Positions 29,519-39,287 of a DNA stretch of 64,000 nucleotides are shown here, piece after piece. Origin of the DNA: Candidatus Thorarchaeota archaeon (lineage in GTDB: Archaea > Asgardarchaeota > Thorarchaeia > Thorarchaeales > Thorarchaeaceae); assembly GCA_048882325.1 (NCBI GenBank), contig JBHLRS010000005.1, positions 1 to 64,000 of the forward strand. The letters run 5' to 3'. Position numbers and translations under genes: made by a program. The notes beneath the pieces were generated by a model that was not told the DNA's origin, searched no databases, and saw only the letters and a list, made by a program, of their open reading frames with translations. The stretch's first letter is position 1. Every line of letters begins with the position of its first letter.

Positions 29519-29604
29519 GTCATTTTTCTCCCTTATTTTCGTGTCAATCTCCAAGTGAAGCCGCAATAGCAATTTGCAGTCACTGAACATGCAACATCAA
29601 TTTG

Positions 29605-29661
29605 GTATATAATCGTTCTATTCCAAATTCATTGAAATATGACTTCGAGAACTCTCGAAGT
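29605..29661 (-). promoter_or_regulatory. TATA plus palindromic operator; duplicated promoter copy A
   Basis: 47/55 ungapped identity to 30827-30881; perfect ACTTCGAGA-AC-TCTCGAAGT at 29642-29661. Confidence 0.7.
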
Positions 29662-29699
29662 TCATACATGCTTTCTCAAGCACTTATCCGAGTACTCTA

Positions 29700-30791
29700 T
29701 CAGTTGGGACCATTAGTTTCTCTAATGAAGAGGACCACGATGACCATGACACTGATTAAACCTGCAGTAACCAGCAATTGAGCATAACCAATTTGAGAGG
29801 GAGTGGATGGAATTGTTAGGTTCATAGGCGGACCTACACCGATGATTGGGTCATACTCAAGAGTATCATCACCGTAATTCTCGAATGCTATGAAGGTTGC
29901 ATTCCCTTCCAATTCTTTGCTGTGAAAATAAGGAACATTATCGAGAGTGGTGTATACCGGATCAAAGGGACCTTGGGAGCCATTGACCTGGACCTGATCT
30001 GTCGCATTGTCTGTTGAAGCAGTCGGGGCATACTCCAACCAAGCTTCTCCAAATGAAAACGTGTTATTTTCTAGATTAATATTCAAATTCTGTGTACGAT
30101 CAGTTCCTTCATCAGTTTCTATATATTCCGCAATCTCTACCACAAAAACTAGAATTGAATCATCATAAGTCCATTTCCATCCATCGACACTCAATTCAAT
30201 CGTAAACTGGTTAGGCTGATGTAGATAGAAATGCATGCGGAGCTCAATCTTGAGGTCCATTGGATCTGAGCGGCCATCGATATTCGTCCATCCTAGTACG
30301 GTGGTATTTGTTTCGGGAGCCTGATGGGAATATTCGAATTCAGTTGTGTAATTGAAGTGTAGAGCTGTTGTTATCTGATTCTGTTCATCACGTTTTATTA
30401 TTTCATCATCATATTGATCATCCCAAGACCAATTCAACCAGTTGTGACTCTCCTTTAGAAGAGGAACTAAGGAACCCACATATTCATCTTGGTCAGGTAA
30501 AAAGATACCATCACTGTTAGTATCATTGGCTTCGAAAAATGCAGAGAATAGGACTTCGTAGGAGGCTCTATGTACGCTAGAATCATTAGCACTCCCGAAT
30601 CGAAACCAAGGAGGGCTACCATCGTGCAAATCACCTCGTAAATGGATAAATCCAGTATCGACTGTATAACTACAAAGATCATAGTCACAGAAGAGGATGG
30701 TTATGCCATTATATGACTGGGCAGGAAGTAATGAGATGGATGATATGAGTGCCAATGTCATTAATCCAAATACCAATCTTCTCCTAATCAA
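29700..30791 (-). CDS. Secreted, C-terminally anchored acidic protein of unknown function
   Basis: Signal peptide, Ca-binding-like DTNSDG loop, YDPIIG, C-terminal TM. Confidence 0.75.
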   Translation of the reverse strand: MIRRRLVFGLMTLALISSISLLPAQSYNGITILFCDYDLCSYTVDTGFIHLRGDLHDGSPPWFRFGSANDSSVHRASYEVLFSAFFEANDTNSDGIFLPDQDEYVGSLVPLLKESHNWLNWSWDDQYDDEIIKRDEQNQITTALHFNYTTEFEYSHQAPETNTTVLGWTNIDGRSDPMDLKIELRMHFYLHQPNQFTIELSVDGWKWTYDDSILVFVVEIAEYIETDEGTDRTQNLNINLENNTFSFGEAWLEYAPTASTDNATDQVQVNGSQGPFDPVYTTLDNVPYFHSKELEGNATFIAFENYGDDTLEYDPIIGVGPPMNLTIPSTPSQIGYAQLLVTAGLISVMVIVVLFIRETNGPN

Positions 30792-30826
30792 CTAGATTCA
30801 CAACCAATGTATGCTTTTATTAATGT

Positions 30827-30881
30827 GTATATAATCCTTCTATTCCAACTCCCTTGAATTGCGACTTCGGGAACTCTCGAA
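30827..30881 (-). promoter_or_regulatory. Duplicated promoter copy B
   Basis: GTATATAATCCTTCTATTCCAA...GACTTCGGGAACTCTCGAA, matching copy A. Confidence 0.7.
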
Positions 30882-30895
30882 CTCATTTTAAAACC

Positions 30896-31741
30896 TCAAG
30901 CTAAGGCTCCACTAATCAAGGCCAAGAGGAGAAGGTTCAGATTAGTGACGATAAGTGTCACAATTGCTGCTCGAGAAACTCTCACCGTTTTTGCTCGTGA
31001 TAGTGATATTGTGAGGATGTAGGTGCTCCAAGCGATGATTCCCGTCAAGAGTAAAGTGAGTAGCCATCCACTGAGAACACCCCAAGCTGGAATGAAATGC
31101 CACAATAGTTCAATAAGCATATGAGGTACGAATGCAAGAGGTATCGCAGCAAAGAGACCTAAAGATAAACCACGTTTACTTAGGATTACCATAGATAACA
31201 CTTCAATGAGAAAGAAGGTGGATATCCAAGCTGTAAATGCAGCGAGTATTGTCAGTCCCAAATCGAATAATCCTTGAAGAAAGAACAGAAAGACTGGGAG
31301 GAGTCCCACTTCTGCAGCGAAGTATCCATATAATCCTAGAAAAACAATAATCTCAAAGAAGAAACGTGTGGGATCAGCTTGAACTCTATCTGAGATTGGT
31401 TTCATGGATAGTATTTCTAGAACAAGACTTCGTATTCTCAGTTGCCGGTCAGTTGTCTGAAACACTTCTTCTACCTGGTCTTCGCACTCCTGCATTATTG
31501 CATATGCAGCTTGGCCGAGCTTAGTAAGAGAATATAGTTTATTCCCAGTCCGTGATAACAGGGGATTATCACACTTAGAAAGGTGGTCTAAATGGAAATA
31601 CAAGGTTCCGGGTTCTAGTCCCAACTCTGTAAGATCGGTATATGATACCGCGTCTTGATTTCCGATTTTTGCTATGATTTGACGTCTAATGGTGTGAGAT
31701 AGTGCACCATGCATGTCATTCATTACGGAGTCCTTTTGCAA
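30896..31741 (-). CDS. ArsR-like winged helix fused to a ~5-TM membrane domain
   Basis: ALSHTIRRQII...PGTLYFHLDHL...YSLTKLG followed by five hydrophobic helices. Confidence 0.8.
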   Translation of the reverse strand: MQKDSVMNDMHGALSHTIRRQIIAKIGNQDAVSYTDLTELGLEPGTLYFHLDHLSKCDNPLLSRTGNKLYSLTKLGQAAYAIMQECEDQVEEVFQTTDRQLRIRSLVLEILSMKPISDRVQADPTRFFFEIIVFLGLYGYFAAEVGLLPVFLFFLQGLFDLGLTILAAFTAWISTFFLIEVLSMVILSKRGLSLGLFAAIPLAFVPHMLIELLWHFIPAWGVLSGWLLTLLLTGIIAWSTYILTISLSRAKTVRVSRAAIVTLIVTNLNLLLLALISGALA

Positions 31742-31776
31742 ATTGACCCTCCTTATCTACCCTCTTTCCGTCTTGC

Positions 31777-34719
31777 TCATAATTCTTTCTCTGGTTCTTT
31801 GTGGTTATTGGCATCTTCAGCTAGCTCTTGCACCGCCTTTCGCTGTTCATCAATCTCATCCTGAAGTCTTCTCTTGAGATCACGGACCTCCTTGAAAAGG
31901 ATGTATCTGTATCCAACAACGAACGCTACTAGACCTACAACACCAAGAATGACAAGTCCGATATTTGCGACAATCAATTGGGTAACCGGGACATGAGCAT
32001 CAAGCGGATTAAATCCATGTTGAATCTCCCAGAAATCAGAGTATCCATCACCATCAGTGTCAGCGAGACGTGGATTTGTTCCATGTGCTTCCTCCTCATA
32101 GTTTAGAAGTCTGTCAGAATCAGCATCCTCGGCACCATCAGATGAATCCAATGGGTCGAAGTCATAGAGCACCTCCCAACTGTCACTTGCAAGGTCTGAG
32201 TCTGTATCTGCACTTTGTGGAGACGTACCGAGTTGATATTCCAAGTAATTGCTAAGTCCATCAGAGTCTAAATCGTCATACGTGTCATTCGCCATAGCGT
32301 TAAGACCGTTAGCCACCTCGTATGCATCAGGCATGAGGTCATCATCTGAGTCTGCCTTTGTTGGGAGCGTTCCATAGGTATGCACTTCTAACCCATCAGG
32401 AAGTGAATCCGAGTCAGAATCTGAATTGTGTGGGTCGCATCCGTAGAGATACTCATCTATATTATCCAAGTCATCAAGGTCTGGATCCTCAAGTGCATCA
32501 TCCGCGAGTGGGTTGAGGTTGTTGTTGTACTCCCATCCATCGGGCATCAAATCTGAGTCAGAATCAGGATTCTTCGGGTCAGTTCCAATGGCAAGCTCGG
32601 TTAAATCAGGCAACTCATCTAAATCACTGTCTTTACCCTCCCCAATGTAACCAGGGTTGATGTCCATCAAAGTCCAAGTATCTGTATTTACATCATATGA
32701 CCAACATGGATCTATCGGAAAGTCATCTTCATCGGTAATTGATGGATAAGGATAGGAAATACCACCATAGAGGATGACTCTATCAGATTCGGAGTCATAG
32801 ACAGATTCTACTCGCACACGATTGCTAGGATGAGGATGAGCCAGAGACTGTGTCCAATTGTTTGTGTTGTAATCAAAGATCCATGTGTCGTCGAAATCTC
32901 CCACTAAGTCATATCCACCAAACAACACAACTCTGTCTGACTCGATGTCGTACGAAAGTGAGTTAGTTCCTCGTGGAGCTGGACTTGTGGTCGCAGGGAG
33001 TGGTTCCCAAGTGTCCGTATTATAGTCATAGGCCCAGACATCTCCTAACGCGCCTCCACTTGGACCAAAAATCAAACCTCCGAAGAGAATTACTCGGTCG
33101 CTTTCAACATCATAGGTCATTGAGTGATACCACCTTGCCCCAGGACCAGTCGATGGACTCATCTCAGTCCAAGTGTTCGTTTCGAAATCATATGACCATG
33201 TGTCGTCCAGAAAGGTGATCCCGTCTGCGGCACGTCCTCCATACATTATGATACGATCGCTCTCTGAGTCATAGGCCATTCTATGTCCACCACGACCCGA
33301 AGGCGAGAGTGCGGGGAACACTTCAGTCCAGTTGTTTGCAGCAGCGTCAAAGATCCATGTGTCATCAGGGTAAGGTCCGTCAGGCCACATCTCAAGCCCT
33401 GAGAACATGACCGTCTTGTGACTCTGGGAATCATACTCCATGGCACTGATCTGCCTTGTGGGAGCAGTTGGATATGGAGCTAGATTGTAGAAGTTATCTG
33501 TATTGAAATCGTATGACCAGGAGTCTCCTATCGTTGTCGTTATCCATCCACCGTGGATGAGAACCCTGTCTGAATCAGAATCATACGTTATAAGAGGGTC
33601 ACCTCTACCCTGCGGAAAGCTAGGCGACATCTGTCTCCAATGGTTATGGTTCGTGTCGTAGGACCATAACGTATCGTTTACTAAACCATGTGAAGCACCC
33701 AACCGAGGGCCAAGACCGCCACCAATTGATATTATTCGGTCAGACTGAATATCATATACAAGTTCATGTCTGTGTCTCACGAATGGGGCATTCTCAGGAT
33801 TAACATAGTGAGTCCATAAGTTCATGCCATAGTCATATGTCCAAAGATCATCAAGTGGCTCAGTCCCGGTGTTACCAGCGAACAGAACCATAACCTGCGA
33901 CTCGTTGTCATATGCCATCGAGGGATTACTCCGTGCAGATGGTCGATAACTAGGGGTGAGTTCTGTCCATGTGTCTGTGTTATAATCATACTCCCATTGA
34001 TCAGATAAGCCGGATCCATCATATCCACAAAATAGAATCATTCTATCATTCAGTGTGTCATATTCCATAGTGTAATCAAACCGAGGACTTGGTGATACCG
34101 CAGGACTCATCTCAGTCCAGGTGTCAGTATCAACATCATAAGCCCACGTATCATTCATAAAACCACGACCTCCAGCTTCGTTACCACCGAAGAAGATGAT
34201 GACATCACTTTCGGAGTCGTATGCTAGTTGGAAACCATATCGCCAACTTGGATGAACCGAGGGAGAAGCCTGAGTCCAGTTATTCGTTGCATAGTCATAT
34301 ACCCAGGTTTCATCGAAGGTGAAATCAGGGACTTGACCTTCATAACCTCCAAACATTACTATCTTCTCACTCTGTGAGTCGTATGCCATACTACAAAGGA
34401 ACCTAGGTGAAGGACTCACATCCGGGTGCATGTTGGTCCAGGTGTTAGTGTCAAGGTCGTACGACCAAGTTTCACCTGTGGCATAATCGGGTGTTTCATT
34501 CCACCCGCCAAAAACTATGACCCTGTCCGCTGCTGAGTGGTATGCTGCTTGAAAGTCGATGTTATAGCTTGGATCAACCTCACCAGGTGCATCAGTCTTT
34601 ATCGCTTCTTGCCTAGACGAGCTACTCACGGTCACAGGATCTACCATAGTAACACGTGCAGTTGGCAAGATAAGCAAGATGAGCAGAAATCCTATCAAGA
34701 GGCCTATTCTAGTTCTCAT
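31777..34719 (-). CDS. Cell-surface protein: 12 Kelch repeats, ~9 TSP3-like Ca-binding repeats, TM and cytoplasmic tail
   Basis: 12 YDSES..FGG..TW repeats; DxDxDxxxDxxE repeats; C-terminal TM and charged helix. Confidence 0.9.
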   Translation of the reverse strand: MRTRIGLLIGFLLILLILPTARVTMVDPVTVSSSSRQEAIKTDAPGEVDPSYNIDFQAAYHSAADRVIVFGGWNETPDYATGETWSYDLDTNTWTNMHPDVSPSPRFLCSMAYDSQSEKIVMFGGYEGQVPDFTFDETWVYDYATNNWTQASPSVHPSWRYGFQLAYDSESDVIIFFGGNEAGGRGFMNDTWAYDVDTDTWTEMSPAVSPSPRFDYTMEYDTLNDRMILFCGYDGSGLSDQWEYDYNTDTWTELTPSYRPSARSNPSMAYDNESQVMVLFAGNTGTEPLDDLWTYDYGMNLWTHYVNPENAPFVRHRHELVYDIQSDRIISIGGGLGPRLGASHGLVNDTLWSYDTNHNHWRQMSPSFPQGRGDPLITYDSDSDRVLIHGGWITTTIGDSWSYDFNTDNFYNLAPYPTAPTRQISAMEYDSQSHKTVMFSGLEMWPDGPYPDDTWIFDAAANNWTEVFPALSPSGRGGHRMAYDSESDRIIMYGGRAADGITFLDDTWSYDFETNTWTEMSPSTGPGARWYHSMTYDVESDRVILFGGLIFGPSGGALGDVWAYDYNTDTWEPLPATTSPAPRGTNSLSYDIESDRVVLFGGYDLVGDFDDTWIFDYNTNNWTQSLAHPHPSNRVRVESVYDSESDRVILYGGISYPYPSITDEDDFPIDPCWSYDVNTDTWTLMDINPGYIGEGKDSDLDELPDLTELAIGTDPKNPDSDSDLMPDGWEYNNNLNPLADDALEDPDLDDLDNIDEYLYGCDPHNSDSDSDSLPDGLEVHTYGTLPTKADSDDDLMPDAYEVANGLNAMANDTYDDLDSDGLSNYLEYQLGTSPQSADTDSDLASDSWEVLYDFDPLDSSDGAEDADSDRLLNYEEEAHGTNPRLADTDGDGYSDFWEIQHGFNPLDAHVPVTQLIVANIGLVILGVVGLVAFVVGYRYILFKEVRDLKRRLQDEIDEQRKAVQELAEDANNHKEPEKEL

Positions 34720-34995
34720 TTTTCTCCCTCTACTGAACCGTCGAAATCCGCAGTCAATGTTTTCAAATGACAGTTCTTTGATTACACATTGATAGTTTTC
34801 AATAGTTAACTATTATATAACTGAAGTACTTACCTTTCTGATACTCGGTATCTAAGTGGTAAGCATCTTAATTCAAAGGACAACAAAAACAGACTATTAA
34901 GATACTATAGGAAAATAGCTATAGTACTAAAGTGGATATAGTAACCGAGCTTGAAATAGGAGGGAGAAAATTCACATCGATCAGAACGTCCCTAC

Positions 34996-35095
34996 AAAAA
35001 AGGTGAAAGGGAGTGACGACGAACAACGTCACTCCGGGTGTACTTCACAGACGCATTCGATAAACAATACACTCGAGGAGAGTGAAGGTCTGCAC
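34996..35095 (-). ncRNA. Candidate ~100-nt small RNA (or micro-peptide transcript)
   Basis: Orphan TTATATA box at ~35117-35123, then ~100 nt ending in a 9-bp hairpin (35010-35035) and T6; no ORF longer than 16 codons from a start. Confidence 0.35.
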
Positions 35096-35170
35096 CTAAC
35101 CTATAGGATTCTTATCTATATAACTAGACAAGTGTCCTTTCAGATAGTTACTTTCCAACTGGTAAATGGG

Positions 35171-35198
35171 GGAGTGACGGGAGTAGGACCGTCACTCC
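35171..35198 (-). terminator. 10-bp hairpin overlapping the MFS stop codon
   Basis: GGAGTGACGG-N8-CCGTCACTCC; same stem as 35010-35035. Confidence 0.55.
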
Positions 35199-36709
35199 GG
35201 GTTCAAAACAACTTGCTCGACTTCTTCAGCAAGCTCTTCTAGAAGCACTTTGGCTTCGGAAGCATGATCAACCTCGATGGGTGTGCCTACCACATCTTCG
35301 TCAGAGCCTTCAACTGCAACTACTGGTTTCTCAAGTGAGAGCGCGTATCGTATGATAAAGACGCCAACTAGAGAAATTCCCGCACACAGTAACAAGGTTG
35401 CAGGGAACCCAATTCTTGGGATCAACCATCCAAACACCACAATCTGGGGGGTCGATAGTATCAAGAGAATTGTCGGTTGCAGTGAATAGAGGGAGTTCCT
35501 GTTTCGATTGGGAATAGCATCCAGGAGTTCTCTCTGTGTCAGTATCTCCGCAAACCCTCCAAAGAACATTGTCACGGTGAAAAGAGAGAACAATGCGATT
35601 ATTGGCACTATATGTTGGATAGGTAGTTCGATGAGCACGATTGAGGTGAATGGTAAGTATACTGTCACCATAACTGCTGCATCACCCACTGGTGGAAAGA
35701 AGAACATCAAAGCGGCAAGTGCAATGTAGAATACAAAACCGCAAGCCTGTAATAGCCTGAATCTCGGAATCCACTTTTTCGGTTCGAACTTCTGTGACCA
35801 GACACCAGACCGCTCATTAGCTGCCACTCCAGGAATGAATGCTATTGTTCGATAGGAGGCAACTGCGACATCTGTGATGAGGTAGCTGAAGTAGAGTGGG
35901 AACAGAATCAAGTTACCCCATACGCTGATCGTACTTGCAGTCAACATTGAGCCAATGCACAGGTACTTGACAAAGGGTGTGTTCCAAAGGTAGCTCACTC
36001 CTTCTCTCAACAGGCTTGTGTACTCACTCATTGAGGGACGTTCAGCCCTCTGAGCTTCGACTTCAGGGAAGTCGCGGATGTAGCGCATCACCATCAATGC
36101 GAAAATGACTGCGCCAACAGCTTCCAATTGGAAGACGAAAGGTCTGTTGAAGACAGTTGCTAATAGACTCCCGGGAATGAGTGCAGCTGTAGATGCGATC
36201 TGGCCAACCATTCCCATTCTGCCCCAAAAGACACCATACTGTTTTCGCTCCTTATCATTAGGCATTGCGATTCTGTAATTATTATCGAACCATGCGCCCC
36301 ATGCCCCGCTGATTTGAGACTGAGCAATTCCTTGAATCATATAGACAATGCATAGATAGTAGAATGGGGTTTCTGAAGTCACAAAGGAGACCATAAAGAA
36401 CATGACGCCATAGAGAATATTGCCGATTGCAATGACATACCGTTGACCAATCGCGTCGCCAAGCGCTCCAGATGGATAATCAAGAATCGTCTGGGTGATC
36501 ATCATGATAGCAACAAGGACTCCCAAAAGACCTAACCCTTCAATGAAATGCCCACCACCTATGGCCTCAGCTACGAAGATAGTGTAGAATGTTGTGCTGA
36601 GAGTGAAGATGATGTTCGCAGCGGGGATTAGTATCATTAGCACTCTACCCAAATGGAGTGCCTTTTCGTCGGCATCAGTGAAGCCCATAAAGCTGGAGGT
36701 CCTACTCAT
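35192..36709 (-). CDS. MFS transporter
   Basis: Motif A DYPSGALGDAIGQR; about 12 TM; start MSRT (or 36724). Confidence 0.87.
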   Translation of the reverse strand: MSRTSSFMGFTDADEKALHLGRVLMILIPAANIIFTLSTTFYTIFVAEAIGGGHFIEGLGLLGVLVAIMMITQTILDYPSGALGDAIGQRYVIAIGNILYGVMFFMVSFVTSETPFYYLCIVYMIQGIAQSQISGAWGAWFDNNYRIAMPNDKERKQYGVFWGRMGMVGQIASTAALIPGSLLATVFNRPFVFQLEAVGAVIFALMVMRYIRDFPEVEAQRAERPSMSEYTSLLREGVSYLWNTPFVKYLCIGSMLTASTISVWGNLILFPLYFSYLITDVAVASYRTIAFIPGVAANERSGVWSQKFEPKKWIPRFRLLQACGFVFYIALAALMFFFPPVGDAAVMVTVYLPFTSIVLIELPIQHIVPIIALFSLFTVTMFFGGFAEILTQRELLDAIPNRNRNSLYSLQPTILLILSTPQIVVFGWLIPRIGFPATLLLCAGISLVGVFIIRYALSLEKPVVAVEGSDEDVVGTPIEVDHASEAKVLLEELAEEVEQVVLNPE

Positions 36710-36765
36710 AGTACCAAATCCCATTGTCAATTGTATAATAACTATCACAACTACGTAAGATTGGA

Positions 36766-36820
36766 GTATATAATGGAAAGGCACTTGAGAGGGTCACTAT
36801 AAGCGGTCACACGTTGTGAC
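36766..36820 (-). promoter_or_regulatory. TATA box plus GTCAC operator (copy 2 of 3)
   Basis: GTATATA-N9-CACTTGA-GAGGGTCAC, followed by the palindrome GTCACA-CGT-TGTGAC. Confidence 0.6.
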
Positions 36821-36877
36821 TTTTTACTTAATCCCGTTAATCAAAACGAATCATTTTTCGGTAACCAAGCAGTTGAC

Positions 36878-37600
36878 ATGACCATGACTGATACATTTGG
36901 TAGAGTTATGCAAGCAGCGGTTGAAGGAAAGGATGCAAGTTATATCATCGAGAGAGATGATGGGTTCATCCGCCACACCTCTGGTTACAACTATCTAAAG
37001 CCATATGATGAGTGGCCAGAAGCTGAGAAGAAGGCGCTTCTGGAAATCAAGGGACCTCTCTTGGATGTAGGATGTGGATTAGGACGAGTAGGTAGTTATG
37101 TAACGGAAAAGGGAATTGAATACTATGGCGTGGACCTCTCGCCAACTGCAGTTGACCTTTGCCACAGGCGTGGATTCGAAAATGTCTATCTCATGTCAGC
37201 GGATGATATTAAACTGGACCGCTCAGACTTCCGGACAGTGGTCCTCTTTGGAAACAACTTCGGATTAATGGGTACTCCCGAGGGAGTAGTCAAGATGCTG
37301 AAGGGGTTCCATCATGTCACTGCAGATGATGCAATAATCTTGGCTGGGTCAAGAGATCCTGCTAAAACGGACAACGAGATGCATCTTGCGTATCATGCAA
37401 AGAACAAGTCTAAAGGAAGACCAATAGGTCAAGTGAAACTCAGAAATAGGTTCAAGGATGAAATTGATGATTGGTGGTACCTACTTATGTGTGGGAAGGA
37501 GTTAATGTCAGAACTTGCAGAGGAAGCAGGTTGGTATCTAGAAAGATTGATTGTGGGAGAAAGGTATAATGTTGGAGTCTTGAGGAAGAAAAGGATGTGA
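36878..37600 (+). CDS. Class I SAM-dependent methyltransferase
   Basis: LDVGCGLG, GVDLS, LFGNNFG. Confidence 0.88.
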   Translation: MTMTDTFGRVMQAAVEGKDASYIIERDDGFIRHTSGYNYLKPYDEWPEAEKKALLEIKGPLLDVGCGLGRVGSYVTEKGIEYYGVDLSPTAVDLCHRRGFENVYLMSADDIKLDRSDFRTVVLFGNNFGLMGTPEGVVKMLKGFHHVTADDAIILAGSRDPAKTDNEMHLAYHAKNKSKGRPIGQVKLRNRFKDEIDDWWYLLMCGKELMSELAEEAGWYLERLIVGERYNVGVLRKKRM

Positions 37601-37667
37601 AAAAGGTCCCAAGGGTGATATGAGAACCAAGAAAGCTTTTGATAGATTTCTTCCAATATATTAACTA

Positions 37668-38750
37668 GTGAACAAGATGGAAAAGGTTCCGCCAAGACTC
37701 CTGTCATATCATTATGTCCCAGCGGGTTTCGAAATAGTGATCAATGACATGTCAATGCATACAGATAGAGGAGGAGGGATCTGGAATCTCTGGTGGAACG
37801 TCCAAGTATCAGATGATCCTGGGACATGGGATAATGAGATTCGTGCATTGAACACAATGCAGAAAGAATCAGGACACCTCACTAAGAATCATCGATATGT
37901 AAGGATACACATAGCTGAATGGTGCAGAAATGATGACACATTCCCAACCAGCCTTGATATCCTCTGTGCTGAGATTGGTAATGAGAAGATTACTACACCA
38001 TGGACGTTAGGGTGTGAGGGAAGAGGTCTTAGGGATTCATTGGGGATTCACGCCTCGCCCGATGATAGACTTGAACAAAGGGTGTTTTTGTTTAACTCAT
38101 ATCAGATTGCATTCAAGGCTTGGATCAATCAGAGAGAACCTGAGACCCTGCTTGAGGCAAAGGTTCGAAGATATCTTGGCGAGGTGACACGAGAGAAGAT
38201 CGCACTTGTGGATTTGCTTAGACGCCAGCTTATTCCTACAGTTTCTTCAACTGCATCATTGAAGGAAATCTATAAAGAAAAAACTCAAGGAATTTCAGCT
38301 GAGTCCTTGTCTCAGTGTCTTGATTGTGGTAACTGCACAGACATTGAGAGTGAGCGAATCTATCCAGAGTGCTCTTGTTGTGAACGATTCTATATTGACT
38401 CACTTCTTCTATTTCAGAGATTTATTGAACCAAATGAGATATACAGGGAGATGTTTCGCTTTCATCAGGAATGTCTTCTTGGATACATGTATGCTGTAAA
38501 TGCTTGGCTGATAGATGAAGAACCGACGCTTTTGACTGATGTTGTTACTCCAGTCTTTCTCAACCAGCAACTAGCTGAGCAAATTCCAAAACAAGTCAAG
38601 AGACTCCTGGGCATCCGAACCCCTGTTAAGGAATGGTTAGCTGGATGTTTACTCAAGACACTAAGAGGAAACAGAAGTTGGAAAACTAACCATCAAATGA
38701 TAGACAATTATCCTGAAGCCAGCTCCTGGCTTTCATTCATAAGAGTCTAA
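37668..38750 (+). CDS. Hypothetical Cys-cluster protein
   Basis: 360-aa ORF with CLDCGNC...CSCC; no family recognised. Confidence 0.65.
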   Translation: MNKMEKVPPRLLSYHYVPAGFEIVINDMSMHTDRGGGIWNLWWNVQVSDDPGTWDNEIRALNTMQKESGHLTKNHRYVRIHIAEWCRNDDTFPTSLDILCAEIGNEKITTPWTLGCEGRGLRDSLGIHASPDDRLEQRVFLFNSYQIAFKAWINQREPETLLEAKVRRYLGEVTREKIALVDLLRRQLIPTVSSTASLKEIYKEKTQGISAESLSQCLDCGNCTDIESERIYPECSCCERFYIDSLLLFQRFIEPNEIYREMFRFHQECLLGYMYAVNAWLIDEEPTLLTDVVTPVFLNQQLAEQIPKQVKRLLGIRTPVKEWLAGCLLKTLRGNRSWKTNHQMIDNYPEASSWLSFIRV

Positions 38751-38762
38751 GCGACCTGAGAA

Positions 38763-39065
38763 TCACTTTCTCTTCAGGTTCAAGAACTTTCCATCCTTGA
38801 CCTGAGCTAGATACCTTCGACCTTGCATCACCCACATTATCTGATGCCCTTCCTGTGCTAGCTTTGCCCAGCGGGAGTCCTTGTGAGGGTTTTGTTCGAT
38901 GTAGGTGTAGCCATCTCGCTCAACCAGCCGCACCTTACTTCTAGACGTTTTCTTTATCGGATAAACTTCTCCCTCAATCACCACTGAATCTGACTCATCA
39001 AATATCGCGTCGAAAATGACCCTTGCAACATCTTGAATTCTATCAAGCTCTTCTGCCTCTGACAT
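38763..39065 (-). CDS. Small hypothetical protein
   Basis: 100-aa ORF with natural composition (IEQNPHKDSRWA); start MSEA. Confidence 0.65.
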   Translation of the reverse strand: MSEAEELDRIQDVARVIFDAIFDESDSVVIEGEVYPIKKTSRSKVRLVERDGYTYIEQNPHKDSRWAKLAQEGHQIMWVMQGRRYLAQVKDGKFLNLKRK

Positions 39066-39068
39066 AGG

Positions 39069-39082
39069 CACACACACACACA
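39069..39082. repeat. (CA)7 microsatellite
   Basis: CACACACACACACA, 3 nt upstream of the start at 39065. Confidence 0.8.
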
Positions 39083-39287
39083 TACAAAGAACCACTCTGT
39101 ATTAGTTCTTCCGAGAGTATCGAATCCGTAACCGCCAATTCTATCTGGCAAGAAGACGAAGGAGCTAGAGTACAATTATAGATGCTTCTTATGGAAATGT
39201 CATAACGAATACCTGATAACAGCATTTGAGCAAATATCAATGCAACGTGGTGCGTTTTTTCATTGAAATAAATAAGGTGAACTAAGC

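Noticed and set aside
35003-35242. 79-aa plus-strand ORF
   Set aside because: Spans two hairpins and a minus-strand promoter; no protein features
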